Shown: positions 33,634-43,797, numbered from the stretch's first letter. The stretch: DNA of 64,000 nucleotides from an uncultured Rhizobium sp. (GCA_964506725.1 CAZDLU010000002.1:44538-108537), one strand, 5' to 3'. The notes: a model not told the origin generated them from the sequence alone. A program made the numbers and translations.

Positions 33634-35079
33634 CTAGAGTGAACCTCTTGTATTAGGTTTTAAGGCGGAAGCAAACGGAGATGTACCTTTAGGATAAGAA
33701 ACCGCATGCTTATCTGAATGGAAAAACTCATCATCATCTTTTGCAGGACCTTTTAGGCTATAATCAACACTAGAAACAGAAGCCGAAGCGGCAGCAGCAG
33801 CCGGAGATTTTTTTGATCCTCCGCGTGGACGAGCAAATGCACTAGATACCGGCAAGGCCTCGCGCAAATCATTATCGACATCCTTGGCAGTAGTAGCATC
33901 AGTATCTATAGTTGGCGTTAGATCTGAAGTTGGAACTAATGCCTCCGTAACAGAAGCCATACCAACAGCGCCACCGGAGCTTACAAGGCGACCACTACGA
34001 AATGAACCACGTGAAGCACCATCTGGTGCTACAGGCTTATATATAGGCAATTGAGCACCATCAACACTGGGAGCAACAATCCCGGAGCGAAGCCTACTTT
34101 CGTCTGCGATCGATTTAATTTTTCTTCTACTCAACGGACTTCTAACGGAAACAGCTGCTTTTCTCATATTACTAACCGTATCATGAACCAACATCCTATG
34201 TTCATCTTTGCTCTTCAAAGTTTCAGGCGCAATATTCTCCAATTTATAAGATTTTAGAACTTCCTTCATGACCCCTTCACGATTCTTTGCTTCTACAATA
34301 TTGTTAAACTCTACACTAAAATCGACAAAATTTTTCATGCGCGCACTTGTCGGCTCATAATCCTCGAATGTTAAACCATGAGAAATAAATAACGGAATAA
34401 ATTTATAATTATTATTCTCTTCAAAAAAATTATAGTCATTAATAGCCGCATCCTTCACACTAATTCCTAAAGCTTTTAATTTTTGAATATTATCCTCATC
34501 ATCAAACATAATAGCTCTGCATAACAATTGAGCGTTCAGTTCAACTTCGCTTAAATCAATAATTTTTTTATCATCCGGTCTTTTTTCGTTTTCCTTAAGC
34601 AAAACCCTCAAGACATCCATATGAATATAATTGCGAGTAACTGATAAAAATTCTTCTCCCGATAAAAAAGTTTTCTCTTCATCATTATCAAGTAGAAACT
34701 GAATCGCAACCGCTCCCAAAGGCCTGCCAACCTGGGAAAAACAAATATTAGATAAACTAGCTGATGAAAAATATTTAGTTTTAAAATTTCCATCTTTGTT
34801 CAATGCATCTAAAAAGCGCTTATATTGTTTAATTTCTTCAGCTTCAGCTTTCTCTTCACTCAATGTTAAGGTATCTGTTTTTGTTGCCTCGACTCCGTTA
34901 CGAAAACGAGAAAAATTAACTGAAAATTTGTTATCTAAGGCAATTTGCAGAAGATTTGTCGCACCAAATTCTGCAACGGCTTCTTTTACTTTCTCTTCAA
35001 ACTCATCACTATTTAAAAGTCCAAATAAATATTCCAATATACTTTCCGGATCACTAATCCCTGTCAAAGAAGCACTCAT
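33634..35079 (-). CDS. hypothetical effector-like protein with a Ser/Ala/Pro/Gly-rich disordered C-terminal third
   Basis: 481-aa ORF. The N-terminus MSASLTGI matches MSASLKGI of the 844..2043 product. No family recognised. Confidence 0.55.
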   Translation of the reverse strand: MSASLTGISDPESILEYLFGLLNSDEFEEKVKEAVAEFGATNLLQIALDNKFSVNFSRFRNGVEATKTDTLTLSEEKAEAEEIKQYKRFLDALNKDGNFKTKYFSSASLSNICFSQVGRPLGAVAIQFLLDNDEEKTFLSGEEFLSVTRNYIHMDVLRVLLKENEKRPDDKKIIDLSEVELNAQLLCRAIMFDDEDNIQKLKALGISVKDAAINDYNFFEENNNYKFIPLFISHGLTFEDYEPTSARMKNFVDFSVEFNNIVEAKNREGVMKEVLKSYKLENIAPETLKSKDEHRMLVHDTVSNMRKAAVSVRSPLSRRKIKSIADESRLRSGIVAPSVDGAQLPIYKPVAPDGASRGSFRSGRLVSSGGAVGMASVTEALVPTSDLTPTIDTDATTAKDVDNDLREALPVSSAFARPRGGSKKSPAAAAASASVSSVDYSLKGPAKDDDEFFHSDKHAVSYPKGTSPFASALKPNTRGSL

Positions 35080-35087
35080 AAAATCAA

Positions 35088-35930
35088 TTAATTTAATATC
35101 TTGGCATAATGACCAATAGTTTTTATGTAAGGTTTTAATTTTGACTTTGCAACATTTTTCAAATCCTCCTCTAAAAAAAATCCATCGGCCTCAAGCAAGT
35201 AAAACTGCATATGCGCGACTTGTTTTAGTTTTACGCTTTGTAAAATTTTTACGGAAATATTTTGTTCCCTAAAAACAGAAATTAATTGCTGTTTGGAAAA
35301 TTCATCACTTAATTCGACGTAAATTAAACTATTGTCAGCACTTGATTTTTCTGGCTCCTTGATGGCAACCGCCAGCAAATCAAAATCTTTTTTTGTTGGA
35401 AGAAAAGGAATTTTAGCAAAAACTTTTATGTTGGATTTGTTGTTCGCAAGCGCCAACCACCAAGGCTCGGCAGAGTTTTCCTCATTTTTTGGCAAAGCAA
35501 AAACTCCAATTTGGGCTTTATGATTTTCTAATTCCACAACTACATTTGTCACCGAATCCAAATCAAAAATCGGCACGATGTCGCTATAATATTCTTTAAG
35601 TAAATGATGATATTCAGAATTTTTTTTCGGGTTGTGAAGCGCGATATTTAGCGGTTGCTCCATCATATTCGCCGCCGTAATAATTTTGCGCCAAATACTT
35701 ACGATTAATTCCGGAGGAAATTTATTTTCACTGCGCACAATCAGACTTTTTATCATGTCAGCTTCGCGGCTTGATTTAATAAAAAACTTTTCACCGTTTT
35801 TTTTCTTAAACTCACCAACCCTTGCGATTACTGACATGCGAGCTTTTAGCAAATCGATAATCTGATTATCAATTTCATCAATTTCCTGGCGCAAAAGCCC
35901 GAGGCCGCTTTCTTTTTGTTGATTTTGCAT
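35088..35930 (-). CDS. chorismate mutase domain protein with a divergent PheA-like C-terminal domain
   Basis: LRQEIDEIDNQIIDLLKARMSVIARVGEFKK is an AroQ-class chorismate mutase helix. The C-terminal domain is only weakly like prephenate dehydratase. Confidence 0.55.
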   Translation of the reverse strand: MQNQQKESGLGLLRQEIDEIDNQIIDLLKARMSVIARVGEFKKKNGEKFFIKSSREADMIKSLIVRSENKFPPELIVSIWRKIITAANMMEQPLNIALHNPKKNSEYHHLLKEYYSDIVPIFDLDSVTNVVVELENHKAQIGVFALPKNEENSAEPWWLALANNKSNIKVFAKIPFLPTKKDFDLLAVAIKEPEKSSADNSLIYVELSDEFSKQQLISVFREQNISVKILQSVKLKQVAHMQFYLLEADGFFLEEDLKNVAKSKLKPYIKTIGHYAKILN

Positions 35931-35971
35931 TATTTTGTAATTAGATTTTTTTAAAAAAACTATTTACCTAA

Positions 35972-37129
35972 ATGAAAATTAAGTCAAGTTTTGGCCCAGC
36001 ATACAAGGAATTCGAGGTCGGCGATGTTATTTTTTTAGCGCAAGACCAACCGCTTAAATTAACCAGCGGCGTTGAAATCAACAATTTTCCCCTTGCTTAC
36101 CAAACTTACGGAACTCTTAATGCTGACAAAACAAATGCTATTTTAATTTGTCACGCTTTAACCGGCGATCAATATGTGGCCTCAAAAAATCCGGTAACCG
36201 GAAAAGATGGCTGGTGGGAAAATATGGTGGGAGAAGGCAAAATCATCGATACCAAAAAATTTTTCGTAATTTGCCCGAATATTCTTGGCGGTTGTATGGG
36301 TTCTTTTAGTCCAAAAACAATAAATCCCGAAACCAACCTGCCCTACGGCCTTGATTTTCCCATGGTTACCGTGCATGACACGGTGCGTGCCCAAAATCTT
36401 TTGATTGAACATTTCGGTATCAAAAAATTACACGCCATCATCGGCGGCTCAACCGGCGGAATGCAAGCGCTTATTTGGTCAATTCTTTATCCGCAAAAAA
36501 CAAAATTAATTACCTTACTTGCAACTTCCTATCGCCACAGCCCGCAAAATATCGCCTTCCACGAAGCCGGACGCCAAGCGATTATGGCCGATCCCAATTG
36601 GTGCGGCGGTAAATATTATTTAGAAAAAAAATATCCGGCTAAGGGCCTTTCCGTAGCGCGCATGATCGCTCACATTACTTACTTGTCGGAATCAGCTTTA
36701 CAAAAAAAATTCGGCCGCAATTTGCAAAATAAAGAAAGTTTTTCTTTTAGTTTTGATCCGGAATTTCAAGTTGAAAGTTATCTACATCACCAAGGTGCCA
36801 GCTTTGTTGAACGCTTTGATCCGAACTGCTATTTATATATCACCAAAGCCATAAATTATTTTGATTTGGAAAGTGATTTTGGTGGAAAATTAAGCAATGC
36901 TTTCGCTAATTTTGCCAAAGAAAATCCCGGCGCAAAATTTTGTATAATTTCTTTTTCTGATGATTGGCTTTTTCCAACATCTTCTGCAAAAAAATTAACA
37001 CAAGCATTAAGCGCCTGCGGAATTAATGTCAGCAGCCTTACCATTGAAGGCACAGCCGGACATGACTCTTTTCTACTGGAAAATCAGGCGTTGAAAGACA
37101 CGATTTTCGGCTTTATTAATCAAACTTAA
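35972..37129 (+). CDS. metX: homoserine O-acetyltransferase
   Basis: NAILICHALTGD, FVICPN.LGGC.GS, IGGSTGGMQAL and HDSFLLE. Confidence 0.93.
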   Translation: MKIKSSFGPAYKEFEVGDVIFLAQDQPLKLTSGVEINNFPLAYQTYGTLNADKTNAILICHALTGDQYVASKNPVTGKDGWWENMVGEGKIIDTKKFFVICPNILGGCMGSFSPKTINPETNLPYGLDFPMVTVHDTVRAQNLLIEHFGIKKLHAIIGGSTGGMQALIWSILYPQKTKLITLLATSYRHSPQNIAFHEAGRQAIMADPNWCGGKYYLEKKYPAKGLSVARMIAHITYLSESALQKKFGRNLQNKESFSFSFDPEFQVESYLHHQGASFVERFDPNCYLYITKAINYFDLESDFGGKLSNAFANFAKENPGAKFCIISFSDDWLFPTSSAKKLTQALSACGINVSSLTIEGTAGHDSFLLENQALKDTIFGFINQT

Positions 37130-37135
37130 AACACC

Positions 37136-37870
37136 ATGAAAAACATCGGAGAAAATATTACCAAACATAAAATTAGATACGACCTTGAAATCATTGCCGA
37201 TTTGGTCAAAGAAGATTCGCGTGCCCTTGATATTGGCTGCGCAGAGGGTGAGCTTTTGGAATTTTTACAAAAAAATAAAAATGTCGATGCCAGAGGTTTG
37301 GAAATTTCGCAAGTAAAAGTCAGTAATGCCTTAAGGCGTGGGCTTTCAGTTATTCAAGGTGACGCTGAAAATGATTTAAGTTTTTATCCTGATAATAGTT
37401 TTGATTACGCAATTTTAAGCCAAACAATTCAAGCCACTCATCGTCCAAAAGAAATTTTACAAGAAATGTTGAGAATTGCTAATTATGCGATTGTTTCTTT
37501 ACCAAATTTTGCTCATTACAAAAACCGTTTGCACCTACTGTTAAAAGGCACGATGCCGGTTAATAAAAATATTCCTTTTTCCTGGTACGAAACACCGAAC
37601 ATACATTTTTGTTCAATAAAAGACTTTGAAGAATTATGTTGTGATTTGGGTTTTTCCATTGAGAAAAAAATATTTTTAACAACAAAACATCGCCTAAATG
37701 AGATTTTAAGCCATGAAATAATCGCTAATTTTTTTGCTGAATATGGCATATTTCTAATTAGCAAAAAGAATTTTTCTCCAACATTTCAAGAAGAAATTGT
37801 CTTTGCCAAAAAACCACTTAACTTTACCGCTGCAAGTGTCACGGCCTTTAGTTTTGAACAAAAAAATTAA
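37136..37870 (+). CDS. metW: methionine biosynthesis protein MetW
   Basis: RYDLEIIADLV....R.LDIGCAEGELL and FDYAILSQTIQATHRPKEIL.EMLRI. It follows metX. Confidence 0.88.
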   Translation: MKNIGENITKHKIRYDLEIIADLVKEDSRALDIGCAEGELLEFLQKNKNVDARGLEISQVKVSNALRRGLSVIQGDAENDLSFYPDNSFDYAILSQTIQATHRPKEILQEMLRIANYAIVSLPNFAHYKNRLHLLLKGTMPVNKNIPFSWYETPNIHFCSIKDFEELCCDLGFSIEKKIFLTTKHRLNEILSHEIIANFFAEYGIFLISKKNFSPTFQEEIVFAKKPLNFTAASVTAFSFEQKN

Positions 37871-37872
37871 TA

Positions 37873-38535
37873 ATGAAAAAAAGTTATTTAATCATTTTCG
37901 CCCTACTCTTTTCTTGCGCTGAAAACGGACATCAAAATTACTCGGCAAAAAAACGCTATCACTTAACCAACAATCAAGTGCAAAGAGTTGCCAGCAGATA
38001 TGGCCGCGTGCTGCGTCCTTCCGAATCAATTTCTTTAAATAATATAAGCTTGAATGATGACGATGAATATGAGCGCGATGACATTGTTTTACGCACTACC
38101 GATGATATTACCGATGACAACGGCGATTATAAAGGCACCTTTAAAATCGGCGATCCTTATAAAATTTTTGGCGTAAATTACGTACCGCAAAATTATGATG
38201 ATTTTGAGGAAATCGGCGTGGCTTCTTGGTATGGCGATGATTTTAACGGTAAACTTACAGCTAACGGCGAAATTTATAATATGGATACCCTTACAGCGGC
38301 GCACCGCACTCTGCCTTTGCCGTCATTGGTTCGCGTCACCAATTTAGATAATGGTAAAACTGTCGTGGTACGCGTTAACGACCGCGGACCTTACGCCAAA
38401 GACCGTATAATTGACCTTTCCAAAAAAGCCGCTACAATGCTTGACTTCAAGAAAACCGGTACGACCGAGGTTAAAATTCAATTACTTCGTAGCGATACTG
38501 ATGAATTGCTGAAAAAATTAAGAATTAAGAATTAA
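37873..38535 (+). CDS. rlpA: RlpA-like (DPBB) lipoprotein
   Basis: LLFSCA lipobox, then GVASWYGDDFNGKLTANGEIYNMDTLTAAHRTLPLPSLVRVTNLDNGKTVVVRVNDRGPY. Confidence 0.9.
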   Translation: MKKSYLIIFALLFSCAENGHQNYSAKKRYHLTNNQVQRVASRYGRVLRPSESISLNNISLNDDDEYERDDIVLRTTDDITDDNGDYKGTFKIGDPYKIFGVNYVPQNYDDFEEIGVASWYGDDFNGKLTANGEIYNMDTLTAAHRTLPLPSLVRVTNLDNGKTVVVRVNDRGPYAKDRIIDLSKKAATMLDFKKTGTTEVKIQLLRSDTDELLKKLRIKN

Positions 38536-38536
38536 A

Positions 38537-39736
38537 ATGAACTACAAAAACAAAAAAATCGATTTTTCCAACTTACATCTGGAAACCAAATTAGTCCGCG
38601 GCGGTACAAATCGCTCTAACTTCGGCGAAACTTCCGAAGCTATCTTTTTAAATTCCGGATTTTCTTATAATTCTGCCGAAATAGCTGAAAGCAGATTCAA
38701 CGGCGAAGATCCAAGCTTCGTTTATTCGCGCTATTTGAACCCCAGTTTAAAAATGCTCGAAGACCGTTTGGCGCTGCTTGAGGGTGCTGAAAGTGCTTGC
38801 GTAATGGGCAGCGGCATGGCAGCAGTTTTTGCCTCAATCATGTGTCAAATCAGGGCCGGCGATCATTTAATTGCTTCACGCGTTTTGTTCAGCTCATGTT
38901 TTTACATCATTAAAAATTTACTACCAAATTACGGTGTGGAAGTAACTTTTGTCGATGGCACTTCAAAAGAAGAATGGCAAAAAGCTTTTAAGAAAAATAC
39001 CAAATTAGTTTTTATTGAAAGCCCGGCTAATCCTACTCTTGAGCTTGTCGATATTAAATTCGTAGCTGACCTTTGTCACAAAAACGGCGCGCAATTAATC
39101 ATGGATAATATTTTGGCCTCACCTTATTGCCAAAAACCTTTTGAACTTGGTGCCGATATTGTGGTTTACTCAACAACCAAGCATATCGAAGGCCAAGGTC
39201 GAACTTTGGGTGGCTGCATTTTAGGTAGCGAGAAATTCATTAAAGAAACCGTTGTGCCCTTTTATCGCCACACCGGTCCGGCCTTAAGCCCGTTTAATGC
39301 GTGGATAATTTTAAAATCGCTGGAAACTTTTGCTTTAAGAATGGAAAGACAATGCGCCAATGCTTTAAAAATTGCGCAATTTTTAGAAACGCAATCAAAA
39401 ATTGAAAAAACTTTATATCCACAATTAAAGTCTCATCCGCAATTTGAGCTGGCACAAAGGCAAATGAAAAACGGTGGCGCTATGATCGCTTTTGAAATTA
39501 AAGGTGACAAAAAAGATGCTTTTAATTTTATGAATCGCTTAAAAATTATTGATATTTCCAATAATTTGGGGGATTCCAAATCATTGGTAACGCATCCTGC
39601 AAGTACTACGCATTACAGCATGGGAGCTGAGGAGCGCGCTAAAATCGGAATCAAAGATAACATGTGCCGCCTCTCGGTTGGGTTAGAACATGTTGATGAT
39701 TTGATTAGTGATTTGAAACAGGCTTTGCTTGACTAA
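38537..39736 (+). CDS. metZ: O-succinyl/O-acetylhomoserine sulfhydrylase (Cys/Met PLP enzyme)
   Basis: YSRY.NP....LE.RLA.LEGAE and VVYSTTKHIEGQGR (PLP Lys). Ends RLSVGLEHVDDLI.DL. Confidence 0.9.
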   Translation: MNYKNKKIDFSNLHLETKLVRGGTNRSNFGETSEAIFLNSGFSYNSAEIAESRFNGEDPSFVYSRYLNPSLKMLEDRLALLEGAESACVMGSGMAAVFASIMCQIRAGDHLIASRVLFSSCFYIIKNLLPNYGVEVTFVDGTSKEEWQKAFKKNTKLVFIESPANPTLELVDIKFVADLCHKNGAQLIMDNILASPYCQKPFELGADIVVYSTTKHIEGQGRTLGGCILGSEKFIKETVVPFYRHTGPALSPFNAWIILKSLETFALRMERQCANALKIAQFLETQSKIEKTLYPQLKSHPQFELAQRQMKNGGAMIAFEIKGDKKDAFNFMNRLKIIDISNNLGDSKSLVTHPASTTHYSMGAEERAKIGIKDNMCRLSVGLEHVDDLISDLKQALLD

Positions 39737-39761
39737 AGTCTGAATTTTAATGCAATATAAC

Positions 39762-39800
39762 CTCATAGCCATGCTTCGACAGGCTCAGCATGACTATGAG
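39762..39800. repeat. Family A single hairpin unit
   Basis: ctcatagccatgcttcgacaggctcagcatgactatgag. Ends 21 nt upstream of the yajQ ATG and causes the spurious 5' extension of ORF 39750. Confidence 0.85.
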
Positions 39801-39821
39801 ATTTTTAATAATTTATTACTT

Positions 39822-40313
39822 ATGCCAAGTTTCGATATAGTTTCAAAAATAGATTACCAAGAAATCGATAACGCTGTTAATTCTGTAAAACGCGAGCTTA
39901 CAAACCGCTATGATTTCAAGGGTGCAAAATTTGATGTTATGCTCGACACAAAAGAAAATCTTATAAATATTTCCTGCGAAGATGAATATAAATTGGGCCA
40001 AATCGGCGATTCGCTAAAAGTCTATGTAACCAAGCGCGGCATAGACGCACGTGCACTTGATTTTCAAGAATTAGAAAAAGCCGGAGGCAATTCTTTGCGC
40101 CAAAAAGTAAAATTAAAAAACGGCATCGAACAAGAAATTGCTAAAAAAATTACTAAAGAAATCAAAGATAAAAAATTAAAAGTTCAGGCTTCAATCCGCG
40201 GCGATGAAGTGCGCGTTGAAGGCAAGAAGCGTGATGATTTACAAGAAGTAATCAGTCTTTTGCGCTCTACTAATTATGAAATTCCGCTACAATTTATAAA
40301 TTTTCGTGATTAG
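39822..40313 (+). CDS. yajQ: YajQ-family nucleotide-binding protein (UPF0234)
   Basis: MPSFDIVSKIDYQEIDNAVN...RE...RYDFKG is the canonical YajQ N-terminus. Confidence 0.88.
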   Translation: MPSFDIVSKIDYQEIDNAVNSVKRELTNRYDFKGAKFDVMLDTKENLINISCEDEYKLGQIGDSLKVYVTKRGIDARALDFQELEKAGGNSLRQKVKLKNGIEQEIAKKITKEIKDKKLKVQASIRGDEVRVEGKKRDDLQEVISLLRSTNYEIPLQFINFRD

Positions 40314-40318
40314 AAATT

Positions 40319-41347
40319 ATGTTTAAACTTTTAAGAATGCTCGCTTCGGCGGCAATTGGTTTGCCAGTTTCGCTTGTATCTAACGCCGTAGCCGGCATTG
40401 CCTGGTCAGCAGTAAAAGTTGCAAGTATTGCCCATACTCATACCGTTAAAATATTTACGGGTGCCACTACAATTCAAAAAAACCCCATCATTGAAGATCT
40501 AAGGCAAAATATCGAAGGCTTTATCGGCTCAACTTGGAGTAAGTTCGGCTTTTACTGGATCTTAGAGGGAACAAAACTTGGCTATGAACAACTTAGTTCT
40601 TCAATGGCAGAATTAGGTTTTGGTGACAGCCTTAATCAAAGCGCTGACAGCGGCAGCGACATAGCACTAGCAGTTGAAAACAACATTAAAAAAATGCTCA
40701 AGAAAAAGCTTGAACCTCTTGATGAAGAAATAACAAAAGTTGATGATGAAAAACTTGCAGAATCACTTTCTGCATTACACAAAGGAACGGTGGCATTATT
40801 TAATGATGATGTAACTCTAACACTCGATGATATAGTAAAAATAGATGATGGCTTACAAATAGTGGATCTTGCTAAAAAAAGTCTGACAGAAGGTTTGCCA
40901 TTTGGATCAATTCCTTCGGAAAAATTACGTGAAATGTTCGCAGAATCCTACGAAGCAAGGCGCAAAGTCGAGCTTGATTATGAAACCGGAATTAATTTAG
41001 ACGAAATAAAAAGTGCATTTTTTACTTTAGTTATGGCTGAAAGAAATCCGGATGCACCTTTTACCAGCAAGCAATTAGGACGAGCGGTTTATACTATTGA
41101 GGCCCTGGAAAAATCAATTGCCATCGGAGAAAATGTTGGTGCAGTTAACAGCACAGACGGAAAAAATATTTTTGCAAAATTGCAGGAATTTGAAAAATCT
41201 CTAGAAGCCATAAGCCACGATGACTTCAAAACATTGGATATTGATAAGTTAACGCAAGCATTTACTGAATATGAACGCGGAAATATCATCCCCATTTCCG
41301 GCATAGCTGTAGCGCCGCAGCACTTAGCCGGGAAAAGCAAACTCTAA
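40319..41347 (+). CDS. hypothetical protein with a hydrophobic N-terminus and an acidic helical body
   Basis: 342-aa ORF with N-terminal LASAAIGLPVSLVSNAVAGIAWSAVKVASIA. No family recognised. Confidence 0.5.
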   Translation: MFKLLRMLASAAIGLPVSLVSNAVAGIAWSAVKVASIAHTHTVKIFTGATTIQKNPIIEDLRQNIEGFIGSTWSKFGFYWILEGTKLGYEQLSSSMAELGFGDSLNQSADSGSDIALAVENNIKKMLKKKLEPLDEEITKVDDEKLAESLSALHKGTVALFNDDVTLTLDDIVKIDDGLQIVDLAKKSLTEGLPFGSIPSEKLREMFAESYEARRKVELDYETGINLDEIKSAFFTLVMAERNPDAPFTSKQLGRAVYTIEALEKSIAIGENVGAVNSTDGKNIFAKLQEFEKSLEAISHDDFKTLDIDKLTQAFTEYERGNIIPISGIAVAPQHLAGKSKL

Positions 41348-41550
41348 CCACCACCAATAAAATGCACGATTTCCACGCGGTTTCCCTCGTCTAGAATCAC
41401 TTCACTAAACTGCGCCGGTGCAACAATTTCCAAGTCCTTTTCAATCGCAATTTTTTTAACATCAAGCCCCAAATCCGCAATCAATTGCGCAACCGTAGTA
41501 TCACGATCAATCAACCTATCTTCACCATTTAGAGTAATTTTTACTTTCAT
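41344..41550 (-). CDS. thiS: ThiS/MoaD-type sulfur carrier protein
   Basis: MKVKITLNGE......TVAQLI..L is a ubiquitin-like fold ending ...FIGGG. ATG at 41550 is preferred over the repeat-extended ORF. Confidence 0.75.
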   Translation of the reverse strand: MKVKITLNGEDRLIDRDTTVAQLIADLGLDVKKIAIEKDLEIVAPAQFSEVILDEGNRVEIVHFIGGG

Positions 41551-41570
41551 ATTATAGCATAAGAAATATT

Positions 41571-41601
41571 TTAAGCACCTGACACTTAAGCACCTAAGCA
41601 C
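41571..41601. repeat. Family C half-element (one arm only)
   Basis: ttaagcacctgacacttaagcacctaagcac. Lies between the divergent genes thiS and lptF. Confidence 0.65.
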
Positions 41602-41606
41602 ATAAA

Positions 41607-42677
41607 ATGTTACTTCACAATCGCTACATTTTCAACAAAGTTCTCACAACTTTCCTCGGCTTCATCGCCGTTTTCGTAACTTTAATATGGTTTAGTCGCG
41701 CCATGGTTTTCGTTAAATATGTTACGGAAAATGGTGTTGAATTAAGCCAATTTTTTTACCTCTTCATCCTGATTTTACCTTGGTTGTTGCTCTTCATAAT
41801 TCCGGTTTCGCTTTTTGCCGCAATATTACTCACCTACAACCGCCTGATTATAAACAATGAAATCAGTATTTTGAAAAATGCCGGATTAAATAAAATTGCC
41901 ATTTGCAAATCCACAATTTCGCTTGGAATTTTATTATCAATTTTATGTTTTCTAATTTCGTTTTTTTTAATGCCTTACGCTAATAAAGAATTACGCATTT
42001 CGCGCAATAATTTTAGCAATAATTATGCCAGCCTTTCCTTTAATCCCAAGACTTTCGAGACTTTAAAAAATTTAACAATTTACACTAAAAATCGTGATAA
42101 AAATAATCAATTATACGGAATTTTATTGCATGATAAAAGAGACCAAAATTATTCAATTACCATAACTGCCAAAAGCGGTTACATAAGCTCGCAAAATACT
42201 TCAACATTGCTTTACATGAAAAACGGCACTGTCCAAAAATTCAATTATAGCAACAACCAGTCAGAAATTTTACATTTCGATGATTATGTTTTTAATTTGA
42301 CCCAAAATAATGATGCAGAATTATTCAAACGCTGGAAGCCTAAGGAGCGCTATTTGAATGAATTAATAAACCCAAACGATGATTCTGAACCCGCAGATTT
42401 AGCCAAATATCGCGTTGAATTAAATCAAAGGTTAACTTATCCGTTATTGTCTTTAGTCTTCACTCTCATAGCTCTTGCCACCATTTTACACGGCAATTTT
42501 AATCGTCGCGGCAATGTTAAAAATATTACTTACGGAATCTTTACTGCTACAATATTTTTCGCCGCGATCTTAATAAATTACAACATGCTTGAAAGGATGC
42601 CAAACCTGACACCACTGCTGTACACTACCTTTGTTTTATTCATCTTTTTCGGCATAAGAATTCTTAGGGAGAAATGA
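41607..42677 (+). CDS. lptF: LPS export ABC permease LptF
   Basis: YjgP/YjgQ-type topology (3 TM, a periplasmic beta-jellyroll, then 3 TM). Paired with lptG. Confidence 0.85.
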   Translation: MLLHNRYIFNKVLTTFLGFIAVFVTLIWFSRAMVFVKYVTENGVELSQFFYLFILILPWLLLFIIPVSLFAAILLTYNRLIINNEISILKNAGLNKIAICKSTISLGILLSILCFLISFFLMPYANKELRISRNNFSNNYASLSFNPKTFETLKNLTIYTKNRDKNNQLYGILLHDKRDQNYSITITAKSGYISSQNTSTLLYMKNGTVQKFNYSNNQSEILHFDDYVFNLTQNNDAELFKRWKPKERYLNELINPNDDSEPADLAKYRVELNQRLTYPLLSLVFTLIALATILHGNFNRRGNVKNITYGIFTATIFFAAILINYNMLERMPNLTPLLYTTFVLFIFFGIRILREK

Positions 42678-43783
42678 AATTTTCTAAAATAAATAAATAT
42701 TTAGCTAAAGGTTTCCTAACGAAATTTATCGAGATTTTATTAGCATTTTCCTTGCTGATTTTTTTTATAAATTTAATCGACACTTTAGACAAAGTGCGCG
42801 GAAGCGATGTACCTTTTAGCGCCATTGCTTTAATGTCCGCCCTACAAATACCTGACTTCCTCGGCGATATAGTTTCATCATTAATTCTAATTTCCGCTCT
42901 TGCAACTTTTTTCCTACTGTCAACAAAAAGTGAAATAACCATCATTAGAAATAGCGGATTTTCTCTGTGGCAAATGCTAAAACCAATAGCAATTTCTGCT
43001 TTTGTACTTGGTATTTTTTGGACAATTGTTTTAGATCCGCTTTCGATAATAATGATAAAAAAATTTAATAGTCTGGAAGGAAAATATGTAAAAAACGAAT
43101 CAAGAGAATATGTCGCGCCACAAACAGGTATCTGGATTAAACAAGTTAATACAAATAATCCTGACGAAGAAATAATCATTCAGGCAAAAAAAGTTTACAG
43201 CCAAAATATGGAACTAAACGATGTGAATTTATGGTTCTTTGATAAGAATGGAGAATTCTACAAAAAAATCGATGCACCAAAAATTATTTTACGCGAAAAG
43301 AAATGGCTGGTTTTTGACGCAATTATAAATGATGAACAAAATTTAAACAAAAAAATTGATAAATTACAAATTCCGACTTCTTTGGAAGCAGATTTTATCA
43401 TGCATAAAATCGTCAATAATTTTCAAAATGTTAAGTTTTTTTCTATTTACGAATTACCCAATTTAATCATGGATTTACGTGCTTCCGGCTTTGATTCGAT
43501 AAAATTTATTGTTTATTTTAACAAATTAATTTCCCAACCTTTTTTATTTGTCGCCATGATTTTGATTGCCTGTTATTTCGGCATCAATCATATACGCAAC
43601 AACAACACGGTGTTAATGGGATTTTTAGGAATTGTTTTCGGCCTGATTTTATATATCACCAGTAGTATCATCAACAGCCTCGGCTCTTCCGGGCTTATTT
43701 CGGTTTTTGCTTCAACCTGGCTTATTGTAATAATATGCCTTGCGATTGGAATATTATTAATTTACCGTAAAGAAAATATTTAA
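42674..43783 (+). CDS. lptG: LPS export ABC permease LptG
   Basis: YjgP/YjgQ family. Overlaps the lptF stop (ATGA). Confidence 0.85.
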   Translation: MKFSKINKYLAKGFLTKFIEILLAFSLLIFFINLIDTLDKVRGSDVPFSAIALMSALQIPDFLGDIVSSLILISALATFFLLSTKSEITIIRNSGFSLWQMLKPIAISAFVLGIFWTIVLDPLSIIMIKKFNSLEGKYVKNESREYVAPQTGIWIKQVNTNNPDEEIIIQAKKVYSQNMELNDVNLWFFDKNGEFYKKIDAPKIILREKKWLVFDAIINDEQNLNKKIDKLQIPTSLEADFIMHKIVNNFQNVKFFSIYELPNLIMDLRASGFDSIKFIVYFNKLISQPFLFVAMILIACYFGINHIRNNNTVLMGFLGIVFGLILYITSSIINSLGSSGLISVFASTWLIVIICLAIGILLIYRKENI

Positions 43784-43797
43784 TTAATTTTTTAACT

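Noticed and set aside
39750-39821. Long N-terminal extensions in track ORFs: 39750, 44512, 30740, 13801, 7987, 8366, 41601 (minus), 50211 and 21303 (minus).
   Set aside because: The extensions translate repeat arms (MLRQAQHD, MLSLSKHD, FDKLSM) or the 3' ends of upstream genes. Internal ATGs give canonical N-termini (MPSFDIVS for YajQ, lipobox signal peptides, MLNFSATG for IscA).
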